The notes below the pieces were generated by a model. That model was not told the DNA's origin. It made no database searches and saw only the letters and a list, made by a program, of their open reading frames with translations. The translations under genes were made by a program, and so were the position numbers. Shown in pieces: positions 56,005-64,000 of a DNA stretch of 64,000 nt; the stretch's first letter is position 1; each line of letters opens with the position of its first letter. The DNA is from Eledone cirrhosa (taxonomy: Eukaryota), in the NCBI GenBank assembly GCA_964016885.1, contig OZ024747.1:80538001-80602000 (forward strand). Direction: 5' to 3'.

Positions 56005-58080
56005 TTGTATCACATGGATATTGAAGATTATAATGAGTTCATATATAAAGAACTCAGGAAAAATTATAAAAAATCTAATAATGCGTCACTCACCAACATC
56101 AACAACAAAACACACAACATAGTAAAAAAACTAAACATTGAAGATAGAACTGAACCTTTGGCATTGAAAAGACCACACTTCAACCTGAAGGATCATAAAT
56201 CAAACTTTAACTCAAATCCTTCTATAAGACTTATATGTCCCTCCAAATCTGATATTGGAATAATTAGCAAAAAAATTTTGGATAGAGTCATCCCACAAAT
56301 AAGAAAACACGTTATTTTACCACTCTGGGAAAACACTTCCCAGGTAATTAACTGGTTTAAAAATATTAGATGTAAATCTTCTGCTTCATTTCTACAATTT
56401 GATATAGATAATTACTATTCTTCTATATCACCTATACTCCTGAACAAAGCATTGATATTTGCTAAAAATAGATCTAACTTAACTTTGGATGACATTAATA
56501 TTATTACACATGCTAGACTAACACTTATTGAATTTCAGAATGAATACTGGACCAGAAACACATATAGTAATCTATTTGATATTACTATGGGTTCAAGTGA
56601 TTCCGCCCAAATTACTGATCTTGTGGGCCTCTTTCTCCTTTTCAACATAAATGCCTCCTTTCCCCACCTTAAAGGTGGTTTATATCGTGATGACTGTCTT
56701 CTTCTTTCCAACAACCTTAGCCTTTCAGAAATAGAAAAAAACAAAAAGCATATTAGAACTTTCCTTAAAGACTATTATAGTCTTCATATTACTTTTGAAA
56801 AAACAAGTAAAGTAGTAAATTTCCTAGATATAACTTTAGACTTAGCTACGGGTATCTACCAACCTTACCATAAACCCAACCAAAACTTACACTACATACA
56901 CTCACAATCTAATTACCCTAAATCTATCCTTAAAAACCTTGCATATAATATATCACTTAGAATTTCTAACCTTTCTTCTAACCAAGATGTATTTGATAAA
57001 AATGCGACCTTCTATAACGAAGCTCTAGATAGAAGTGGCCACAAAAATAGATTAGAATATATACCTTCTACTAAAAATACTATAAACATACAACCTAATA
57101 TTACCAACAAACACCAAATGAAAAGTACACACCTAAATGCCACCCACACTATACCCCAAAATACCAACTCTTCTAAAATAAAGTATAGTAACTCTCAAAA
57201 AACTACTCATCATACAACTCTAATAAATGTTAATAATAAAACTCCTAATAAACAAGATAAAACACCTAAATCTACAAATCTAACTAAAAATGTGCGTGGT
57301 GAGATCATTAACATTAATCCTCCTAGTAAACATCACGATACAACCTATAAAAATAATAAACAACATAGAAACCGTAATAGACGGGTTACTTGGTATAATG
57401 CTCCATTTAATTTACAAATTAAAGATAATATTGCTAAAAAAATTTTTTATATCCTAGAGAAAAACTTCCCGCCAAACCACAAATACCATCAAATCTTAAA
57501 TAGGTCTACAGTTAAATTCTCATACTCAACAACAAATAACATAAAACAAAATATAAGTGCCTATAATGCATATAAATGTAAGAATACCATAAGTATACCA
57601 CCAATACATCAAACTAACCATAATATCTCCTCAAATACAGAATTAACGAAAGGTTGTAACTGTAGAAACAAAGCAAACTGCCCATTAAAAGGAAATTGTC
57701 TTGTTAACAACATAGTTTATAAATGTAATGTTAAAACTAAAGATTCTATTTGCTCATATATAGGAGCTACTTCTAACAATTTTAAGACAAGGTTTAATAC
57801 CCACAAACATAGTTTTAAAAATGCCGCACTGGCTAATACAACATCTCTAGCAGAAAAAATCAATAGTTATAAAAATAAGAATATAGAATATGATTTGACT
57901 TGGAGTGTGCTCAAAAGAGCCACCCCTTATCAAAATAATAGAAATGAATGTAGATTATGTTCCCAAGAACTATTTGAAATAATGAAATCTAAGGATATCT
58001 TATTAAATAAACGACAGGAATTAATTATATCGTGTAATCATAAACTAAGAAAAACATTTAAATATTATAAACCTAATTAA
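56005..58080 (+). CDS. Penelope-like element RT + C-terminal GIY-YIG endonuclease, 5'-truncated but otherwise open ORF (Hydra-clade-like)
   Basis: RT motifs FLQFDIDNYYSSI, ITMGSSDSAQITDLVG, GGLYRDD, VNFLDITLDL; linker CNCRNKANC (CxCx5C); GIY-YIG region IVYKC..SYIGAT..FKTRFNTH; C-terminal CRLC and RQE..SCNH. The frame continues upstream as TGNLYHM to ~55996, so the start at 56005 is not the real N-terminus. Confidence 0.95.
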   Translation: MYHMDIEDYNEFIYKELRKNYKKSNNASLTNINNKTHNIVKKLNIEDRTEPLALKRPHFNLKDHKSNFNSNPSIRLICPSKSDIGIISKKILDRVIPQIRKHVILPLWENTSQVINWFKNIRCKSSASFLQFDIDNYYSSISPILLNKALIFAKNRSNLTLDDINIITHARLTLIEFQNEYWTRNTYSNLFDITMGSSDSAQITDLVGLFLLFNINASFPHLKGGLYRDDCLLLSNNLSLSEIEKNKKHIRTFLKDYYSLHITFEKTSKVVNFLDITLDLATGIYQPYHKPNQNLHYIHSQSNYPKSILKNLAYNISLRISNLSSNQDVFDKNATFYNEALDRSGHKNRLEYIPSTKNTINIQPNITNKHQMKSTHLNATHTIPQNTNSSKIKYSNSQKTTHHTTLINVNNKTPNKQDKTPKSTNLTKNVRGEIININPPSKHHDTTYKNNKQHRNRNRRVTWYNAPFNLQIKDNIAKKIFYILEKNFPPNHKYHQILNRSTVKFSYSTTNNIKQNISAYNAYKCKNTISIPPIHQTNHNISSNTELTKGCNCRNKANCPLKGNCLVNNIVYKCNVKTKDSICSYIGATSNNFKTRFNTHKHSFKNAALANTTSLAEKINSYKNKNIEYDLTWSVLKRATPYQNNRNECRLCSQELFEIMKSKDILLNKRQELIISCNHKLRKTFKYYKPN

Positions 58081-58547
58081 TAACATTATTTTAGAAATTA
58101 ATATATAATTTAATTTAAATGTTAGTTAACCTATAAATTTAATTTAATTAAAATTCTACTACAGATGAGATTATAAAATATTGCGTAATCATAAATTGTG
58201 AAAAACTTTTAAATATTACTAATATATACTTCGTAAATTAATTTATAGATTAATGTTAATTTATTTAACCTTTTATTTAAATTCCTTTACAGATAAAATA
58301 TAGCAAAATATTGTGTATTCAATGACAGAGAAATAATGTTTAGTATTATAGACCTAATTAATGTACATTTTTAGAAATATATTTATAATTTGGTTTTAAA
58401 TTTGGTCAACCTAAAAATTTAATTTAATTGGCTTAAAATTAATATCCTAATACAGATGGATTGCAGAGTGTCATGTAATCATAGACTGAGATAGGTTTTG
58501 GATGTATACCTAGTTAATATATTCTTTGCAATTTTTGAAAAAATATG

Positions 58548-58604
<57 letters not shown>

Positions 58605-59495
58605 GTATATGTATATGTGTATGTATTAATTTTAATTTTAATTTTAATTTCTGTTTACCTATAATTATATTCTACTATAGATAAAATACAATATCTATTT
58701 TAATTATTATAAACCTAATTAACATATACTATAGAAATTAATATATAATTTTTAATTTAGTTAACCTATAATTTATATTCTACTACCGATGTAATACTTT
58801 ATTTGTTTTTCCCTATTACTAAATTCATTTCCTAATATTGATACCATAACGTTAATAATTTTAATTTAGTTATACTATAATTAATACTCTACTACTATTT
58901 AACTTCAAAATTCCGCTTCAAATATTATAAACCTAAGTAGTATACACCTTAGAAATCAATATATTAACTATCTTTAGTTTAGTTAACCTATAATTAATGG
59001 TATACTTATATTGAAATGCATAATTTTGCCTTCTTTCTTACATTTCCTAATACTGAAACTATGTAAACACATATTATGATCTAAATGCAGATTAATATTC
59101 TATGTTTCTTGAAACCTATATTTACTATAATCCCCCCCCCCCCTTTTCCTACCCCCCCCCTACTATTATTATTTGTATTTGTAAGCGTGGATGTATGTAT
59201 GTATATGTAGGTATGTATGTATGTTTGGGTGTTTGTATGTGAGTATAAAAATACATATGTGCGCATGTAAATAAGGGTGTATGATTGTGTGTATATATAT
59301 ATATGTATATATATGTGTGTATATATGTGTGTATATATATATATGTGTGTATATATATGTGTATATATATATGTGTATCTATGTATTTATGTGGGTATAT
59401 GTGTGTATGTATATGTAGGCACATGTATATGTCTATGTGTATATGTGTGTATGTGTATATGTGTACGTATGTGCGCATGTATATGTGAGTGTGTG

Positions 59496-59568
<73 letters not shown>

Positions 59569-59588
59569 AGTTGATGTATGTATGTGTG

Positions 59589-59619
<31 letters not shown>

Positions 59620-59622
59620 GTG

Positions 59623-59653
<31 letters not shown>

Positions 59654-59826
59654 GTATATATATGTATGTGTATGTGTATATATATATGTATATGTATGTG
59701 TGTGCATATTTGTCTGACTGTGTGTATTAATTAATTTATTTATTTTTTTATCTTATTTCTTTATTTTTTTTATATATATATGTATATGTATATGTGTGTA
59801 TATATATATGTATATATATATATGTA

Positions 59827-59885
<59 letters not shown>

Positions 59886-60212
59886 ATGTGTGTGTATATG
59901 TATGTATGTATGTATGTATGTATATGTATGTGTGTGTGTGTGTGTATGTGTGTATATATTTATATATGTATATGTATCTCTATTTATATATGTATATACG
60001 TGTATGTATATCCCTTTATCTATGTATGTCTGAGTTGTGTGAGCGTGTGGTGGTGTTTGTTTTGTATGTATATACGCATACATGGATGTGTATGTATGTG
60101 TATATATGCGTATATGTATGTGTATATATGTGTGTGTGTGTGTACATATGTATGTCTATGTATGAGTATGTATGTGTGTGTATGTATGTGTGTATATATA
60201 TGTATGTGTGTG

Positions 60213-60271
<59 letters not shown>

Positions 60272-60349
60272 TATATGTGGGTGTGTGTGTATATATATCT
60301 TTATATATGTGTATGTGTATGTGTATGTATGTGTGTGTGTATATATATA

Positions 60350-60380
<31 letters not shown>

Positions 60381-60496
60381 GTATATGTGTATATGTGTAT
60401 GTATGTGTATGTGTGTATATATATATATATATATTTATGTGTAGGTATGTATGTGTATGTGTGTATATACATGAGTGTATTTATATATGTGTGTAG

Positions 60497-60561
<65 letters not shown>

Positions 60562-61550
60562 CGTGTGTTGTGAATGTATATATATATATGTATGCGTGTA
60601 TGTGTATGTATATATATATATGTGTGTGTATATGTCTATGTATTTATATGTGTATATGTATGTGTCTCTATATGTATGCGTGTGTGTATGTGTATGTGTA
60701 TTTATATGGTGTGTGTATGTGTATGTATGTGTATGTATGTGTTTGTGTATATGTGTATGTATATGTATGTATATGCATGTATGTGTATGTGTGTATATAT
60801 ATATATATGTATATATGTATATGTATGTATATCGATGTATATTTTATATTTTACTTGTTTATATATATGTCTATGTATATATATGTGTGTGTATATATGT
60901 ATATATATGTGTGTGTGTGTATGTGTATATATATATATATATATATATTTTCTTGATATATTTCTCTTTTCTTTTTCTTTTCTTTTTATTTCTAAGTTTA
61001 TAGATACATTTATAAATAGGCAGTCTGTTGACACCGGTGAATACTGACCTGATCTCCCCCCCCCCACTTACTTTCTGTATCTGGATCTAAATGTGTGTGG
61101 CAGTGTTTATGTGCGCGCATTAATGTCCATATGCTTATGATAATAGTATATACACACATATATATGTGTGTGGGGGTGTATGTGTGTATGTATGTTCGTG
61201 GTTGTGTGTATGTTTATGCGTATACGCGCGTGTGTGTGTGAATGTACGTATATGTGTGAGTATATGAATGTGTGTATATATTTATTTTATATTTATATGT
61301 GCATACGTATTTTATCTGTAGATTATAAACATACAGAGACATTAGCCTTGAATTTCTGTATTTACATACATCTTTTTGGCATGCGTATGCATGTGAACAT
61401 ATATCTTTATGCATATCTGTGAACGAAGTTACTTACATATATATACACACACCTAACTGTATAAACTTTTTGTATTTTCATTGGTCAATTTGAACTCTGC
61501 TCCCAAACAGACCTGTAATTTTGAATTGTTGTTATTATCAATAAATATAT

Positions 61551-61705
61551 TTCATTATTTCTGAAGACGGCATATATATGTGTTTGGTATGTATATTTAA
61601 TTTTGATAGTTTGTATAATTTTGTATAATTTTGTACATAGATCTGTTGAATATGCATGCCAATTCTAACACATATATATCCTAGAAACGATCGTTAAATA
61701 ATGAA
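61551..61705 (+). ncRNA. Type I hammerhead ribozyme with ~115-nt stem II insertion
   Basis: TTCATTATTT-CTGAAGA-[ATATATATGTGTT...AACACATATATAT]-GAAA-CGATCG-TT-AAATAATGAA; perfect 10-bp stem I, palindromic minimal stem III. Confidence 0.85.
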
Positions 61706-61759
61706 CTTTTTTTGTTTAATATAAGGAACTGTTTCATTGTTTTATTCATTATTTTTTTA

Positions 61760-61800
<41 letters not shown>

Positions 61801-62599
61801 CGAAGGAGTTGTCGTAAGGAACCAGATGGACCATAACGCACCACAGTACGCAATACTTAGGGTAGTAGAGTGGGTAATAGGAAAATGTATGACCCTGATG
61901 GCAGCGCTCAAGTCGATTCGACGGCTATTTCTGAATAACCGTCGAAACAGCCTGAGCTCTGCCGTCGGGGTCATATATTTTCCTATATATATATATATAT
62001 GCCTGTATAGTTATACATATGTCTAGCCACACACCACTTACATACTAGCACACATAAATGCACACACATAAAAAAAACACATAAACACACACATGTATGC
62101 ATGTTTGAATGTACACGGATACACACTGATACAAGAGCTCAAGAGGGTGCAACAAAAACATAGATACAGCTACATTTGTATACAGCATCGAACACACTGG
62201 AAAAGAACATTGTGGAGTTAGATGCATTTGTAGTCAACATCAAAATTCAATTAGAGAATTAAAACTCTAGACTCCAAAATGGACGAAAACATCACACGTG
62301 ACTGGTTTTTAAAATGTTTTCTTATTTATACTACTTTGCATTTTAATTTAGAAAGGTATCTCTCAGAAAAGAATTAGATCTAAAGATTCAAGACACACAC
62401 ACACACACACACACAAACACGCACATACACACACACACTCACACACACACACACACACACTCACACACACACAGCCTAACCCTGTATATAGATGTTTACA
62501 TATTTATAAATATATGTGTATATATACATGTGCACCACATATATATGTGTTACATTTATATATTAACATATATATATGTATATATGTTATATATATATG

Positions 62600-62671
<72 letters not shown>

Positions 62672-62730
62672 CTTACATATGTTTATATATATGTGTATAT
62701 AAATCGACACCATCGTTTAACGTGCATACG

Positions 62731-62805
<75 letters not shown>

Positions 62806-63310
62806 AAATATAGCTATATATAAAATATAATAAATAAATGTTACCTGGATAGATTCGTTATGGAGCTCTAACGATTAAACCTACCCCAGCCTGCGACCAT
62901 ATATGGAAAAGACACATGGACTCATCTACAATATCGCAATGTTTGAGGAATAACAGACATATCTTGAAAAACAGAGTTTCTCTTCATTGCGAACCCATAG
63001 ACTATTCTCTACCTCTGCAAATTCTTTGAGGACAGAATGTCCAGCTGAGCAAATAGAAATGTTGACCCACACTAGGAGCCTATATGATTGTCATCACATC
63101 TCTCCATAGCTAGACATATTGGTAACAATTATTACTATCACACATTATGAGTGAACGAACCTTTAGTGCGGACATATTTTTGTCTACATACTGGTCGCCT
63201 TTATACACACTTGTTGTTTGTTTGTGTATATTTTCGCTGTTTCTTTACCTAAGGTTGCTATCATAGCGTTAACATCTGCATCTATACATCATCAGTGTTA
63301 TCATTATTAT

Positions 63311-63480
63311 AGAGAGTCGGACGCTATGCTTTGGTGCATAGAGTTACGGCCCTTGCCATTCTGAGTACAAATCTCGCCGACGTTAACTTTGCCTTTCATC
63401 CTTACGGGGTCGATGAAATAAAGTACCAGTAATGCACTGGGTATTTGCTGGCCTTGTGCCAAACGTAGAAACAATTATTA
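63311..63480 (+). mobile_element. SINE family 1, slightly head-truncated
   Basis: Match to family consensus, followed by a degenerate (TTG)n tail. Confidence 0.88.
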
Positions 63481-63773
63481 TTGTTATTGTTGTTGTTGGT
63501 GTTGATGTTGGTTTTGATATTGATGTTGTGGTTGTGGTTGTGGTTCTTATTCAGTGTGAACGATTAAACCCATTCAAGCAGATACATGTTCCTCTGCATC
63601 ATATACTCCACTTTCTACTCAATTTGCCTAATGATGGTTATCAAACATTCCCACAATTATATCTATGCATCAAAATCCCTATTAATCAGTATGAATGACC
63701 GAATCGTTTGATGCGAACATATGCTTGTGTACGTCTGTGTGTACTGGAATATCGAGTCTATGTGTATGTCAGC

Positions 63774-63804
<31 letters not shown>

Positions 63805-63880
63805 AATAAAAATAAATATATATATATAAATATATAAATATATAAATATATATTATTGTGCTACAATAAAACTCACCTCC

Positions 63881-63924
<44 letters not shown>

Positions 63925-63925
63925 C

Positions 63926-64000
<75 letters not shown>

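Larger units (their letters stand above)
54157..61768 (+). mobile_element. Penelope-like insertion with inverted upstream pseudo-LTR (arms 54157-55994 and 59921-61768)
   Basis: The left arm is the near-identical reverse complement of the element 3' end; identical spurious ORFs appear on opposite strands (54503..54757- and 61168..61422+). Ends on (TA)n at ~61769. Confidence 0.93.

Noticed and set aside
61895-61901. CTGATGG in the left arm of the family A hairpin as a retained ribozyme core
   Set aside because: It aligns to CCGACGG of the other copies and is explained by two C-to-T transitions.
62845-62962. Candidate minus-strand exon (TTTTTCAAG acceptor, CAG|GTAAC donor)
   Set aside because: All three frames contain a stop and no recognisable protein; a non-coding exon cannot be supported from sequence alone.

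Overview
AT-rich animal DNA with no supportable host gene. The SINE types and the extreme (TA)n/(CA)n load resemble cephalopod (octopus-like) genomes; that taxon call is inference. Nearly all supplied ORFs are microsatellite translations (IYIY/CVCV/THTH). The real coding content is retrotransposon-derived. There are four Penelope-like elements (PLEs; RT plus C-terminal GIY-YIG): a 5'-truncated but open 691-aa copy at 56005-58080 inside a ~1.84-kb inverted repeat, and decayed copies at ~6.1-8.85 kb, 21.55-24.95 kb and 43.8-47.15 kb. A fifth, GIY-YIG-only fragment lies at 9.06-9.83 kb. There are also three RTE-like LINE 3' ends, a CRE-like endonuclease fragment and many tRNA-derived SINEs. The most striking signal, read by eye, is about two dozen type I hammerhead ribozyme (HHR) motifs of many unrelated sequence families, in PLE pseudo-LTRs and in 65-300 bp non-coding units stacked inside (TA)n arrays. 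Several of these units are fold-back palindromes whose turning point lies inside the ribozyme, so the CUGAUGA half is replaced by an inverted copy of the GAAA/stem III half. Many unrelated unit ends share a (T)TGAGTRC box about 40-80 nt before the terminal (TA)n. All folds and coordinates were determined manually and may be off by a few bases.
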